Part shown: in pieces, positions 21,047 to 31,923 of the stretch
Layout of the letters: every line of letters starts with the position of its first letter
Position numbering within the stretch: position 1 is the first letter of the stretch
Assembly (NCBI GenBank): GCA_965213625.1
Contig: CBDBZU010000004.1
Span: 2,560,001-2,624,000 of the forward strand
Direction: 5' to 3'
Origin: a bacterium
GTDB lineage: Bacteria; UBA8248
Length of the DNA stretch: 64,000 bases
Position numbers and translations under genes: made by a program
The notes under the pieces: model-generated
Databases searched by the model: none
Told to the model about the DNA's origin: nothing
The model's input: only the letters and a program-made list of their open reading frames with translations

Positions 21047-22009
21047 TCAAGGGTTGATGTTCAATCGTTTTCTAAAGTCATCTATTGTCGCCAGGAGACC
21101 CTCTTCCAGAGAAATCGCCGGCTCCCAACCGAGATGTTTTTTTGCTTTCCCGATGTCGGGTTGGCGGATTTTTGGATCATCAACTGGCAACGGTACATGC
21201 TGAATTTTTGAGTCCACTTCTGTGAGCGCAATGATTTTCTTTGCCAGGTCGAGAATCGTCATCTCGGAAGGATTTCCGAGGTTCACGGGATTATGAATAT
21301 CGCTGTCCATCAGCTTGATGAGGCCATCGATAAGGTCTGTGATGAAACAGAAACTTCTCGTCTGCTTGCCATCGCCAAAAACGCTGATGGGTTCGTTTCG
21401 TATGGATTGCGTAATGAAGGCGGGTATGGCGCGACCGTCTGCGATTCGCATTCTCGGACCATACGTATTGAAGATTCGGGCGATGTGTGCGTTAAGGCCA
21501 TGCGTCCGGTGATAGGCCATGGTCATGGCTTCTGAGAATCTCTTGGCTTCATCATACACGCCGCGCGGCCCGATGGGATTGACGTGGCCCCAATATTCCT
21601 CGTGTTGCGGGTGAATCTGGGGGTCGCCATATACCTCCGAGGTGGAAGCCAAAAGAAAACGCGCTTTTTTCTCCTTCGCAAGCCCCAGGGCATTATGTGT
21701 GCCAAGAGAGCCGACCTTTAACGTCTGAATAGGAAATTTTAAATAGTCATTCGGGCTGGCCGGACTCGCGAGATGGAAAACGGCGTCAACGTTTCCCTCG
21801 ATATGAATGTGTTCGCATACGTTGTGTTTGATGAGTGTAAAATACGGATGCCCATTTTCGAGGAGGTGGCCGATGTTGGTGTGGTGTCCGGTGAGGAAAT
21901 TGTCGACGCATACGACGTTGTTACTTAGAGCGATGAGTTTGTCGCACAAATGGGAGCCGATAAAGCCCGCTCCACCTGTCACCACAACGCGGGAGTTTTT
22001 CATTTTCAA
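21047..22009 (-). CDS. UDP-glucuronate decarboxylase family (UXS) NAD-dependent epimerase
   Basis: [33 protein letters not shown] and [10 protein letters not shown] motifs. Confidence 0.9.
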   Translation of the reverse strand: MKMKNSRVVVTGGAGFIGSHLCDKLIALSNNVVCVDNFLTGHHTNIGHLLENGHPYFTLIKHNVCEHIHIEGNVDAVFHLASPASPNDYLKFPIQTLKVGSLGTHNALGLAKEKKARFLLASTSEVYGDPQIHPQHEEYWGHVNPIGPRGVYDEAKRFSEAMTMAYHRTHGLNAHIARIFNTYGPRMRIADGRAIPAFITQSIRNEPISVFGDGKQTRSFCFITDLIDGLIKLMDSDIHNPVNLGNPSEMTILDLAKKIIALTEVDSKIQHVPLPVDDPKIRQPDIGKAKKHLGWEPAISLEEGLLATIDDFRKRLNINP

Positions 22010-23331
22010 GGATTAACTGACGATTTTCCGATGCTGAAGTATTCAAAACCAGCATCTGCTACTAACTCGGAAGAGTAGACGTTTCGACCATCGAATATAA
22101 TCGGCTCCATCATATCTGATTTCAAGCGGCTCAGATTCAACTGTCTAAATTCACGCCACTCCGTGACGATAACAACCCCGTTTGCGCCTTTCGCCGCATC
22201 GTAGGGGCTTTGGCAGTATTCGACTTCCTCATCGCCAATGATTCGCCTGGCGTTTTCGGTGGCGATGGGGTCGTATGCCCGCAGCCTGGCTCCTGCCTCA
22301 CGGAGCGCGTGGCAAATTTCGATGCTTTTTGCCTCTCGCATGTCATCCGTGTCCGGCTTGAACGATAGCCCCAATACGCCGATGGTTTTTCCCTCGAGTG
22401 GCTGGCGGCTCTTCGCACCGAGTCTTTCGATAATTCTTTGTACGAAGCGGGGCACACGGCTGTCGTTTTCCGCTCTCACGGCCTCTAGAATCGGTATTTC
22501 TGCGCCAAGTCTTCTGGAGGCGTGCAATAGGGCATCCACGTCTTTTGGGAAGCAGGAACCGCCATAGCCCAGACCTGCCCCCAGAAAGGCGGGGCCTATC
22601 CGCGAATCCGCGCCAACCCCTTTGGCCACTTCGCGAATATCCGCCTGTGTCTGCTCGCAAAGGTTCGCCACCGCGTTTATGAAAGTGATTTTCGTCGCCA
22701 AAAACGCGTTCGAGGCGTATTTGATCAACTCGGCGCTTTGCGTGTCCGTGATGACACATGGCGCGTTCAGGGCTTGGTAAAGAAGCTGAATGGTTTTCGC
22801 CGCTTTATCCGATGATGAGCCGATGACGATGCGATCCGGCTGGAGCGTATCCCGCACGGCTTGCCCTTCGCGCAGGAACTCCGGATTGCAGACCACATCG
22901 AAATCTGTGGGCGCGACGCCATTTTTCTCGATAACGTCTCGAACGAATTCCCCAGTGCCGACAGGCACGGTGCTCTTGTTGACGATGATCTTGTAATCCT
23001 GTACCGAGCGGGCGATGTCCGCCGCCGCCGCTTCAACTTGCGAGAGATCGGTTCCACCATCCTCGGCAGGTGGAGTGCCCACGCAGATGAAAATGATCTC
23101 GCTTTTCGAAACGGCCTCGGGTATGGAGGTGGTGAACGTGAGCCTGCCCTCTCTGAGGTTCCGCTCCAGCAGTTCGGGCAGTCTAGGCTCATGGATCGGG
23201 CAGCCGCCCGCGTTCAGGGTATCCACGCGGTTTTGGTCGATATCCACGCCGATGACATCGTTACCCAAGTCGGCGAATATGGCGCCTGTGACCAATCCGA
23301 CATATCCACAGCCGATTACGCAAATGTTCAC
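22006..23331 (-). CDS. ugd: UDP-glucose 6-dehydrogenase
   Basis: [28 protein letters not shown] and DGRN motifs. Confidence 0.93.
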   Translation of the reverse strand: MNICVIGCGYVGLVTGAIFADLGNDVIGVDIDQNRVDTLNAGGCPIHEPRLPELLERNLREGRLTFTTSIPEAVSKSEIIFICVGTPPAEDGGTDLSQVEAAAADIARSVQDYKIIVNKSTVPVGTGEFVRDVIEKNGVAPTDFDVVCNPEFLREGQAVRDTLQPDRIVIGSSSDKAAKTIQLLYQALNAPCVITDTQSAELIKYASNAFLATKITFINAVANLCEQTQADIREVAKGVGADSRIGPAFLGAGLGYGGSCFPKDVDALLHASRRLGAEIPILEAVRAENDSRVPRFVQRIIERLGAKSRQPLEGKTIGVLGLSFKPDTDDMREAKSIEICHALREAGARLRAYDPIATENARRIIGDEEVEYCQSPYDAAKGANGVVIVTEWREFRQLNLSRLKSDMMEPIIFDGRNVYSSELVADAGFEYFSIGKSSVNP

Positions 23332-23395
23332 TGAGTTGCCTCACCCTTCATCATATGGTCAGGTTGCGTGAAAAATGAGAGAAAACCGTGCTATG

Positions 23396-25726
23396 TTACT
23401 CAAAAGGCCAAGTCGCCCATGAACCGATTCCCCCAGATTTGCCACCTCTCAAAACATTCCGTCTACTCGTGGCACCCAGGCCACTCTCTGATTCGAGCAG
23501 GCCGATGAGGCTGAAGCCGAGGAAAACCTCGTTTTTATCCTTGGTGTCGGTGAACGTGAGTTCCACGCCCCAGCAGCAATCGAGGTAGCGCGCCGTGACG
23601 CTTTGCTCCAGTGTGGTTTTTTCGGTTTTATTCAACCGCGAGAAATATTCGAGGAAAAGATGCTTGTTGAGGGATAGCCCACCGGCGAAATTCAGATAAC
23701 TTCCCTCTGCGTATTCCCGGTAATCGTCTCTTTGTCGCGTCCAGGTCCGATCGAGATTGAGATACCACTTCTTCCCGCCATCTAGAAAGACACCCGTGGA
23801 GTGTTCGCTGATTTCCAGATCATAGGGGTTGTATTTGAATTGCTGCAACAGGCGAAGTTTGGAGAAGGGCTGTGATTCGAGCCTGAAAGTGATGTCGCTC
23901 AAAGGACGTTTCGGCTTCGTGTCCAGGTCTTCTTTCCTTCGCGCCTCGACGAAATCATATGTCTGGCTGATGCGGTAGCGAAATAACTGCCTTGTCTGGA
24001 ACCCGTCTTTTGCGGGTAGTTTCGTCAGCAATCGATTCACGATCGCGTATTCGATGGCATGTTCATGCTGCAGGGTGTCCACCATATCCAGGGGCAGGAT
24101 AAGGCTTCTGTCGTACACGTCGTTGTTGGGGCTGTATTGGTACATCGTTTCAAATGAGAGGATGTGCTTGAAATCCCGGAATGGGCCGAGTTCGCCTCGG
24201 TAGACTTTGCTGTATCTCGGGCCAATCGCATGAAGTCTTGCAAACCACATTTCACGTGAAAGGCCGGATTCCACGTGTTGCGAGTCATCAATATGTGAGC
24301 CTGCAAGCGGCTCTGAGCTTTGATGCGTCCAGTGGGTTCTGCGGAATCCGATTTCGGGCGTCAGGCCGAGCCAGGGAACAGTCTCCAAACGAAGCGACAA
24401 AGATGGTTCGATATGAAACCGGCTCAACCGGAGCGTATTTTCGTGCTCCGTTTTTCTGAAATTGGTGAAGGAGGAATCCAGGTTGAAGTAAAAATCGCTT
24501 TTACCCAGACGTTTGTTGTGGATGTCCAAAGCAATATCCGGCGCTCTTTGAAACAATTGCCCATCATTTTCACCCAACCCTTCGCGTCGCCTCATTCCCA
24601 GCTGGAACTGCCCGGCAATTATAGGGAGATTTTGCGTGAAAGTGACATGGGTGTCCGTGTCCTGGCGCGTACGAGTCAACAAATCGCCTTCGAGGGAGCG
24701 ATCGTTTGGCGGTCGTTTTTGCAAATCGACGACGGCGTGTAGATTGGCGTCTATGTCTTTGAAATTCGAGCGATGGAAGCTTCTGACGTCCCAAAAAGTC
24801 GATCGCTCGATTTTGTCTTTCAGGTAGCGCCCTGTTATCTGTCCCGAGGTGTTTCGATTCGGTGCGTAGCGGTACTCTCCTTTATAGCGCATACCGCGCT
24901 TGGTGAAATAATCAACTCCGAAGGTGGCGTCTGACGAATCGTTGATGGCCCAGAAGTATGAGGGGGAAAACTGGAAACCGTTCCGACTGCTCGAGCCGAT
25001 GCCCGGCAGGAGGAAGCCGGTGGCTCTTTTCGCTTTTATCGGCACCATGACCCAGGGGAGAAATGCCGCCGGCACGCCTTTCACCGTCATGGTGGGGGCT
25101 TCGAGTTGGGCATAGCCCTCGACCTGGAAGGTCGCCCGCTCGAAGCCGAAAGCCCAGTCAGGAAGATCCCCTTCGCATGTGGTGAAAGTGCCTCCCTGGA
25201 CTTCATACCTGTCTTCTGAGAAGCGTCGTATTACTCGTCCCGAAACATAATAAGTTGTACCGATGATGCCGCGCGCGTTGAACACTACGAGCCGTTCGGT
25301 ATCGAGATTAAACTCGATGCGGTTGGCCACGATGCGATCGTCCTTGGTTTGAAAAACAATGTTTCCACTGGCGACGCCATCACGCGTCGATGTTTGCACT
25401 TCGATATGGTCCGCCCGGATTCTATTGTCTAAATATCGGATGTCTGCGGCTCCGCGACCGATAATCCGCTGCCGCTCCCGATCTTCACTTATCTCATCGG
25501 CCGTGATGGAGATAGAGGCTTCTCGCTTTATTGAAAGCTGAGTGTCTTTGTTGCTTTTCGTGGACGGAGTGGGCAGGGCTTGGTTTTGCACGCCACTATT
25601 TTGTTGTGCCTGCGAGGAAGACGGCGTCCAGAACAGTGCGAGGGAGAAAATGGCGATTGATAGATAAAGCCCATGTGTTTTAAGAGAAACAAATTTTTTA
25701 TTATTCGACACGGAGGCTCTCATCAT
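23396..25726 (-). CDS. lptD: LPS assembly protein LptD
   Basis: Signal peptide, OstA-like N-terminal domain (ITAD, FTTC), R.TGFL.P, beta-barrel, C-terminal CCW. Confidence 0.88.
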   Translation of the reverse strand: MMRASVSNNKKFVSLKTHGLYLSIAIFSLALFWTPSSSQAQQNSGVQNQALPTPSTKSNKDTQLSIKREASISITADEISEDRERQRIIGRGAADIRYLDNRIRADHIEVQTSTRDGVASGNIVFQTKDDRIVANRIEFNLDTERLVVFNARGIIGTTYYVSGRVIRRFSEDRYEVQGGTFTTCEGDLPDWAFGFERATFQVEGYAQLEAPTMTVKGVPAAFLPWVMVPIKAKRATGFLLPGIGSSSRNGFQFSPSYFWAINDSSDATFGVDYFTKRGMRYKGEYRYAPNRNTSGQITGRYLKDKIERSTFWDVRSFHRSNFKDIDANLHAVVDLQKRPPNDRSLEGDLLTRTRQDTDTHVTFTQNLPIIAGQFQLGMRRREGLGENDGQLFQRAPDIALDIHNKRLGKSDFYFNLDSSFTNFRKTEHENTLRLSRFHIEPSLSLRLETVPWLGLTPEIGFRRTHWTHQSSEPLAGSHIDDSQHVESGLSREMWFARLHAIGPRYSKVYRGELGPFRDFKHILSFETMYQYSPNNDVYDRSLILPLDMVDTLQHEHAIEYAIVNRLLTKLPAKDGFQTRQLFRYRISQTYDFVEARRKEDLDTKPKRPLSDITFRLESQPFSKLRLLQQFKYNPYDLEISEHSTGVFLDGGKKWYLNLDRTWTRQRDDYREYAEGSYLNFAGGLSLNKHLFLEYFSRLNKTEKTTLEQSVTARYLDCCWGVELTFTDTKDKNEVFLGFSLIGLLESESGLGATSRRNVLRGGKSGGIGSWATWPFE

Positions 25727-25908
25727 CGTGAATCGTTAAGAACTGTCTCTGACTTTAGATGAATAAGATTTTTCTGTAATGGTTTTGAGTCGAATAGATT
25801 ATGAATACAATTTAATGAGATCGCAATCTAGGGGACATAAGCAACAAGGTGAGATTCGGCTCATCTTCCGAGCCGTTTGCTGCAGTTTGAGATGCGCTTC
25901 TAGGAGGA

Positions 25909-26745
25909 TTATGTTGATTCCGAATGCGTTTCTTCGAAGTTTTCGGAAGCGCTCCCTCGTTTGGTTCTCCGCCATCTCGTAATCATTCCATAGGGGCCGG
26001 AAGCGGCGTAGCAGACAAAAGCCAGACAGGCGACTACCTGAGGAATCGCCGCCGCCACGAACAGAGCCAGCACCGCGCCGACGAGGACGCGAAATGGTCT
26101 TCTGAGCGGTCCGCTTATATCCTTGAAACTCTTGTAGCGGATGGTACTCACCATAAGGAATGCCAGAACATAGCTGAGCGCAGCAATGAGGAGTAATGGG
26201 ACGTGGGGTTTGATCGAAAAATCTTCAACCAAATATACGATGGATGCCAAAACACCTGCCGCCCCGGGTATCGGCAGGCCACGGAAATCCATGGAACCGC
26301 TGCCTGCTTGCGCCAGCACGTTGAAGCGCGCCAGCCTTAAGGCGCCGCAAGCGGCGAATATGAATGTGGCCAGCCAGCCGATTCTCCCGTAAGGGGCGAG
26401 GAGCCAGGTATATATCAAAACGGCCGGTGCGATGCCGAAAGCCGTCAGGTCGCACAAAGAGTCGTACTGAAGCCCGAAAGGACTCGTACTTTTCGTCAAC
26501 CTGGCGACAGTACCGTCAAGCCCATCTAAAACGATGGCCAACAATATCGCCAGCGAGGCCCAGATGAAGTTTCCCTGTATCGAGGCGACGATTGCATAGA
26601 AACCGGCAAAAAGACTGCCTGTCGTCAGCAGATTGGGAACCAGGTATATCCCTCGCTGAAAAGAGCGCCTTCCTGAGCGGCGTCTTCTTCTGCGTGAACG
26701 ACGACCAAATTTATTTCGTGGCTGTCTGGTAGTTTGCTCGTCCAA
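25909..26745 (-). CDS. pssA: CDP-diacylglycerol--serine O-phosphatidyltransferase
   Basis: PNLLT, DGLDG.VAR, YDSLCD, LRLARFN and F.GLP.P motifs. Confidence 0.94.
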   Translation of the reverse strand: MDEQTTRQPRNKFGRRSRRRRRRSGRRSFQRGIYLVPNLLTTGSLFAGFYAIVASIQGNFIWASLAILLAIVLDGLDGTVARLTKSTSPFGLQYDSLCDLTAFGIAPAVLIYTWLLAPYGRIGWLATFIFAACGALRLARFNVLAQAGSGSMDFRGLPIPGAAGVLASIVYLVEDFSIKPHVPLLLIAALSYVLAFLMVSTIRYKSFKDISGPLRRPFRVLVGAVLALFVAAAIPQVVACLAFVCYAASGPYGMITRWRRTKRGSASENFEETHSEST

Positions 26746-27367
26746 CGATAGTCTCTCCTCCGCGAACGCGCTGCCCCTGTTCTACGGATATTTCAAAACC
26801 TTTCGGAAAATATAGATCCGTTCGCGAGCCGAACTGAATCAGCCCAAAGCGTTCTCCCGCATTTATGGAATCTCCCACTTTTGTCCAGCAGACAATCCGC
26901 CGGGCCAGTACGCCGGCGATTTGAATGACTCTGAAATTATCGCCTGTGTTCGTCTCGATTTCCAGTCTATTTTGCTCATTGCTGCTCGATGCGGCTTCTT
27001 TATAAGCAGCCAGGAAGCGGCCTTTTTGATAGTGGATGTTCGATATTCTCCCCTCGACGGGCGATCTGTTGATATGAACGTCTAGAGGGGAGAGGAAAAT
27101 CCGGACCACGCTTCCGCCATCCTCAGTGGAGGCGACCTCCACGACCCTGCCATCCGCAGGGGACAAGACTACGTCAGGCTCATTAGGCGGGGTGCGGTAG
27201 GGGTCCCTGAAAAAACCGGCTATAGCCGCGGCCAGCAGAAAAAAAAGAATCGCCCATATCCATCCCCCCAAGAGGATCGAAATGAGGCCGATGGCCATTA
27301 AACCCGAAACATAGCCCCAACCTTCTCTTGCAACAAATGGTCTGCTGGAGTTGTCTCTTTCACTCAT
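26711..27367 (-). CDS. psd: Phosphatidylserine decarboxylase proenzyme
   Basis: FFRDP, SPADG, DVHINRSP, QIAG and FGS cleavage motifs. Confidence 0.94.
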   Translation of the reverse strand: MSERDNSSRPFVAREGWGYVSGLMAIGLISILLGGWIWAILFFLLAAAIAGFFRDPYRTPPNEPDVVLSPADGRVVEVASTEDGGSVVRIFLSPLDVHINRSPVEGRISNIHYQKGRFLAAYKEAASSSNEQNRLEIETNTGDNFRVIQIAGVLARRIVCWTKVGDSINAGERFGLIQFGSRTDLYFPKGFEISVEQGQRVRGGETIVGRANYQTATK

Positions 27368-27370
27368 TGG

Positions 27371-27904
27371 TCAATTTTTTGCGCCCTTGAGGGTTTTGGC
27401 CCCTCGGGTGAGTGCGACCTTGCCTGTGCGGGCGATCTCTTTGATACCGAATGGTTGGAGTAAATTCAATATGGCGTGGATCTTGCCTTCGTCTCCTGTG
27501 ACTTCGACGGTAATGGTATCTGTGGACACATCGACGACGCGGCCTCGGAAAACGTCGATGATTTGAAAAATCTCCGGCCGCGCGGCTTTCGGAGCAGAAA
27601 TCTTGATGAGTATCATTTCACGCTCGACGCTGTCCGACTCGCCCATGTCCATCACCTTGAAGGTGTCAATGAGCTTGCTGAGGTGTTTTCGGATTTGTTC
27701 GAGAATTTTTTCGTCTCCGCGCGTGACCAGAGTGATTCGGGATACGCTCGGGTCCTGCGTCACCCCCACGCAGAGGCTGTCGATGTTGTAGCCGCGGGCG
27801 CTGAACAGGCTTGCCACCTTGGCGAGAACGCCGAATTTGTTCTCTACTAAAACCGCTATCGTATGCGTGTCGTCCTTGGAATTGTTGTTGAAATTTCTGG
27901 GCAT
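27371..27904 (-). CDS. ilvN: Acetolactate synthase small (regulatory) subunit, copy 1
   Basis: VENKFGVL, RGYNIDSL and EIARTG motifs; TAATG overlap with the upstream ilvN. Confidence 0.94.
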   Translation of the reverse strand: MPRNFNNNSKDDTHTIAVLVENKFGVLAKVASLFSARGYNIDSLCVGVTQDPSVSRITLVTRGDEKILEQIRKHLSKLIDTFKVMDMGESDSVEREMILIKISAPKAARPEIFQIIDVFRGRVVDVSTDTITVEVTGDEGKIHAILNLLQPFGIKEIARTGKVALTRGAKTLKGAKN

Positions 27905-28407
27905 TATGCGATGGGCTCCCAATCGTCGGGCATGCCGTCGTAAGGCAGTGATATCATTCCCGTGCGCGCCATTTGCGATATTCCGTAGCCCTCGAACGCT
28001 TTCAGGAGGGTTCTGACCTTGTGATCGTTGCCGCTCGCTTCGAGGGTTACTGTATCGTCGGTCATGTTGATCACCTGAGCGCCGAAGGCGTTGGCGAGTT
28101 GGATGACCTCACTTCTTTGGCTAATGGGCGCTTTGATTGTCGCGAGAACGAGTTCGCGCGTGACGGCCTGGTTGTATGAGATTTGCTCGACCTCTCGCAC
28201 GTCGTAGAGCTTGCGGAGTTGTTTGGCGATCTGGTCGAGTTCGTTTTCTTCGCCGAAGGCGACGATGACGATGCGCGTTATCGTGGCATCCTCCGTCGGT
28301 CCGGCGGCGATGCTCTCTATGTTGTATCCACGGCGCGTGAAAAGGCCTGCTACGTGGGAAAGCACGCCAGCGTGGTTGTTAACGAGAATAGAATAGACTT
28401 GTCTCAT
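27904..28407 (-). CDS. ilvN: Acetolactate synthase small (regulatory) subunit, copy 2
   Basis: VNNHAGVL, RRGYNIES and MARTG motifs. Confidence 0.92.
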   Translation of the reverse strand: MRQVYSILVNNHAGVLSHVAGLFTRRGYNIESIAAGPTEDATITRIVIVAFGEENELDQIAKQLRKLYDVREVEQISYNQAVTRELVLATIKAPISQRSEVIQLANAFGAQVINMTDDTVTLEASGNDHKVRTLLKAFEGYGISQMARTGMISLPYDGMPDDWEPIA

Positions 28408-30098
28408 GATTTGGCTTCCCTGGAGGGGGGTGCGAGTTGCATCTCATCGTTTCCGGCTCCGGCAGGAACCATGGGCCAGACGTTTTCTTCCTTGTTTACG
28501 AGGAAATTCAACACCACTGGCCCGTCGTGCTCGGCCGCCGTCTCAAGGGAATTCCGCACTTCATTCACGTCGGTGACGTTGATGCCCTTTACGCCATAGC
28601 CTTCTGCGATGGCGGCGAAATCGGGATTTTCCGGGTAATGCGAATGCGAATAGCGTTTCTCAAAGAACAGTTCCTGCCACTGGCGGACCATTCCCAGATA
28701 CGCATTGTTCAGGATGGCGACCTTCACAGGGACGTTATATGTAGCCGCCGTGGCGAGTTCGACGAGCGTCATCGCAAAACTGCCGTCGCCGTCGATGAGC
28801 CAAACGTCTTTTTCCGGGCGGGCGAATTTTGCGCCGATGGCGGCGGGAAGACCGAAGCCCATCGTTCCGAGGCCGCCGGAAGTCACCCAGGTCTTCGGCT
28901 CGTTGAAGCGGATGAACTGCGCCGCCCACATCTGGTGCTGGCCTACGCCGGTCACGTATATGCCGTTACCCTCGGTAATTTCCTGAATCTGATCAATCAC
29001 GTACTGAGGTTTAATGGAGCCGTCCCAGTCGTATTGAAGGGGATAGTTCTCCTTCCAGTCCATCCAAGTCTGCCGCCACTCACCGTAATCTCTGGGTGTC
29101 AGGCGCTCGTTGAGTGCAATCAGCACGTCCCGTACATTCCCGAGTATCGGGATATGGGTGTGCACCCGCTTGTCGATCTCGGCGTCGTCGATGTCAACGT
29201 GCGCGATGGTCGCCTTGGGGCAAAAACTCGATACCTTGCCAGTCACGCGGTCGTCGAAGCGGGCGCCTAGATTGATGAGTAAATCACACTCACAAAGAGC
29301 AAAGTTCGCGTAGGCCGTGCCGTGCATGCCGGGCATGCCGAGGAAGAGATCGTCCGTTCCCGGGAAACCCCCGAGCCCCAGCAATGTGTTGATGACCGGG
29401 ATGCCCGCCGCTTTTGCGAATTTCACTAGTTCTGCGGATGCCCCGGACTTGACAATACCGGCGCCGCCAATAATGACAGGTCGCTCGGCCCGCTCAATGG
29501 CTTCGAGTAGTTTGTCGATTCCTTCGGTATCTAGTGCGGGATATTCCCGGAGAGCCGGAAGAGGGGATTCAGCGGATTCTCGCGGCGTGTATTCCGCTTT
29601 GGTGATTTGGATGTCTTTAGGAAAATCGATCAGGACGGGGCCGGGTCGACCCGTCGTTGCTACGCGAATCGCTTCCCGCGTAACGTGTTGAATTTCATTG
29701 ACATCCTTGATGAGCCAGTTGAATTTAGTGACCGGTATGGAGCAGCCGTACATATCGGCTTCCTGAAAGGCGTCGGTCCCTATCATATTGGTCGCGACTT
29801 GCCCTGTAATGGCGATGAGCGGCACGGAATCCATCTGTGCGTTTGCGAGGCCGGTAATGAGGTTCGTGGCCCCGGGGCCGGACGTCGTGACGACGATGGC
29901 GACTTTTCCGCTCACGCGCGCGTACCCGTCCGCCATGTGGGCGGCTCCCTGTTCGTGTCGTGTGAGGATATGAGGGAAATCCGACTTCATCAACTCATCG
30001 TAAAAAGGCATGATGGCGCCACCCGGGATGCCGAAAGCCATCTCTATGCCTGCCGCTTTCAACTCTTCGATAAGGATTTGCGAGCCATTGAGCTCCAC
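28404..30098 (-). CDS. ilvB: Acetolactate synthase large subunit, copy 2
   Basis: PGGAI, RHEQ, TSGPG, FQE, GARFDDRVTG, GDGSF..NN and LGMVRQWQ motifs. Confidence 0.95.
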   Translation of the reverse strand: MELNGSQILIEELKAAGIEMAFGIPGGAIMPFYDELMKSDFPHILTRHEQGAAHMADGYARVSGKVAIVVTTSGPGATNLITGLANAQMDSVPLIAITGQVATNMIGTDAFQEADMYGCSIPVTKFNWLIKDVNEIQHVTREAIRVATTGRPGPVLIDFPKDIQITKAEYTPRESAESPLPALREYPALDTEGIDKLLEAIERAERPVIIGGAGIVKSGASAELVKFAKAAGIPVINTLLGLGGFPGTDDLFLGMPGMHGTAYANFALCECDLLINLGARFDDRVTGKVSSFCPKATIAHVDIDDAEIDKRVHTHIPILGNVRDVLIALNERLTPRDYGEWRQTWMDWKENYPLQYDWDGSIKPQYVIDQIQEITEGNGIYVTGVGQHQMWAAQFIRFNEPKTWVTSGGLGTMGFGLPAAIGAKFARPEKDVWLIDGDGSFAMTLVELATAATYNVPVKVAILNNAYLGMVRQWQELFFEKRYSHSHYPENPDFAAIAEGYGVKGINVTDVNEVRNSLETAAEHDGPVVLNFLVNKEENVWPMVPAGAGNDEMQLAPPSREAKS

Positions 30099-30110
30099 GA
30101 ATGAAACCTC

Positions 30111-31895
30111 CTAGTTATCAGGCAAGGCGCTGAGCTTGCCTTGAAGTACTTTTTTTCGGCTGTCGCGCACAATCATGTCTTTTGTCGCGCCGCCTGCGGG
30201 TACCATCGGGAACACCAATTCGTCAGGGTCGACGATCACGTCCAGGATGTAGGGTCCCGGTGTATTGATCATTTCCTGAATGGCGGGTCTGATTTCTTCT
30301 TTGTCTACAATCCTGCGACCGCTGGCGCCGAATGCTTCCGCTAGTTTGACGTAATCAGGAGAGGATTCGAAATCCACTTCGCTAAATCGTCGATCCATAA
30401 ACAGGTCCTGCCATTGGCGAACCATGCCCAGCGTGGCGTTGTTGAGCAAAAAAACTTTTACGGGAATGTCGTATTGAACGGCCGTGGCGATTTCTTGCAT
30501 CACCATCTGAAAACTTCCATCTCCCGCAATGTCGATGGCCAACTTATCCGGTCTTGCCAGCGCCGCGCCGATGGCTGCGGGAAAGCCGAAGCCCATGGTT
30601 CCGAGGCCACCCGATGAAATGAACTGGCGCGGGAACGTGAAATTATAAAATTGGGCGGACCACATTTGGTGCTGGCCCACTTCGGTGGTGATGATCGCCT
30701 TGTCTCCCACTTCCTCACTCAAGGCGAGTATGGCCTCCTGCGGCTTGATCGGCGAGCCCTCGGTGGAGTCGAACGTGAGCGGGTATTCTGCTCTCAAGTT
30801 TTGAAACCGCTTCTTCCACAAAGGACGTGTCTGAGGTTCGATGAGTTTGTTGACTTCAACGAGCACCTGACGGGCGTCGCCGACGACAGGGATATCCGCC
30901 GTCTTGTTTTTTCCGATGGCGGTGGGGTCTATGTCGATATGGATGATTTTCGCCCGCGTAGCGAATTCCGAGACCTTTCCGGTGACGCGGTCGTCGAACC
31001 TTGCGCCGACGGCGATGAGCAGATCACACTCCATAGTCGCATAGTTGGCGTATGCTGTTCCGTGCATGCCGAGCATACCCAATGAGAGTTCATGGGCGCT
31101 TGGGAAAGCTCCTGCTCCCAAAAGAGTATAGGTGACCGGAATTTCAGCCGTTTCCGCGAGTTTTACGATCTCCGAATGCGCTTCCGCATGAATTGCGCCA
31201 CCACCCACGTAGAGCAGGGGCTGTTTAGATTTCTCGATGGCTTCGGCTACGCGCTGAATTTGCCTCGGATGGCCTTTGGTCGTGGGCTTGTAGCCTCGGA
31301 GTTCCACTTTTTCGGGGAGTATGTAGTTCCCATCGCCGAGGAGGACGTCTTTGGGCAGATCTACGAGGACCGGGCCGGGCCTTCCCGTGCGCGCAATGTA
31401 GAATGCCTCTTGGATTGTTTCCGCAAGATCATCCGTGCTCTGAACCAAATAGCTGTGCTTGGTGATGGTTCTGGTCATACCGACGATGTCGGCTTCCTGG
31501 AAGGCGTCGTTGCCCACCATCGTAGTGGCCACTTGGCCCGTAAAGCATACGATGGGGATAGAATCCATGTAGGCATCCGTGATGCCCGTAATGAGGTTCG
31601 TGGCGCCTGGCCCGGAGGTGGTAAGACATACGCCGACCTTCCCGCTGGCTCGGGCGTATCCCTCCGCCATGTGCGCGGCGCACTGCTCGTGCCGGATAAG
31701 CAAGTGCTTGATTTTGCTTCTTTTAAGAAATAGGTCCAAAACCGTTAGCAGAATGGCGCCCGGATGTCCGAAAACGTACTTCACCCCCTCACGCTCAAGG
31801 CTGCGGTAGACAATCTCAGCGCCTGATATTTTCTGCGGCTTCAGTTTTGTGGGTTGTTTTGCGGTTTGGTTTTTCGCCTTGGTCGCCACGGCCAA
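30111..31895 (-). CDS. ilvB: Acetolactate synthase large subunit, copy 1
   Basis: RHEQ, TSGPG, FQE, GARFDDRVTG, GDGSF and LGMVRQWQ motifs. The start may be the GTG at 31889. Confidence 0.95.
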   Translation of the reverse strand: MAVATKAKNQTAKQPTKLKPQKISGAEIVYRSLEREGVKYVFGHPGAILLTVLDLFLKRSKIKHLLIRHEQCAAHMAEGYARASGKVGVCLTTSGPGATNLITGITDAYMDSIPIVCFTGQVATTMVGNDAFQEADIVGMTRTITKHSYLVQSTDDLAETIQEAFYIARTGRPGPVLVDLPKDVLLGDGNYILPEKVELRGYKPTTKGHPRQIQRVAEAIEKSKQPLLYVGGGAIHAEAHSEIVKLAETAEIPVTYTLLGAGAFPSAHELSLGMLGMHGTAYANYATMECDLLIAVGARFDDRVTGKVSEFATRAKIIHIDIDPTAIGKNKTADIPVVGDARQVLVEVNKLIEPQTRPLWKKRFQNLRAEYPLTFDSTEGSPIKPQEAILALSEEVGDKAIITTEVGQHQMWSAQFYNFTFPRQFISSGGLGTMGFGFPAAIGAALARPDKLAIDIAGDGSFQMVMQEIATAVQYDIPVKVFLLNNATLGMVRQWQDLFMDRRFSEVDFESSPDYVKLAEAFGASGRRIVDKEEIRPAIQEMINTPGPYILDVIVDPDELVFPMVPAGGATKDMIVRDSRKKVLQGKLSALPDN

Positions 31896-31923
31896 TTCCT
31901 TTCAGCCAGTTGAGCTAATTCTC

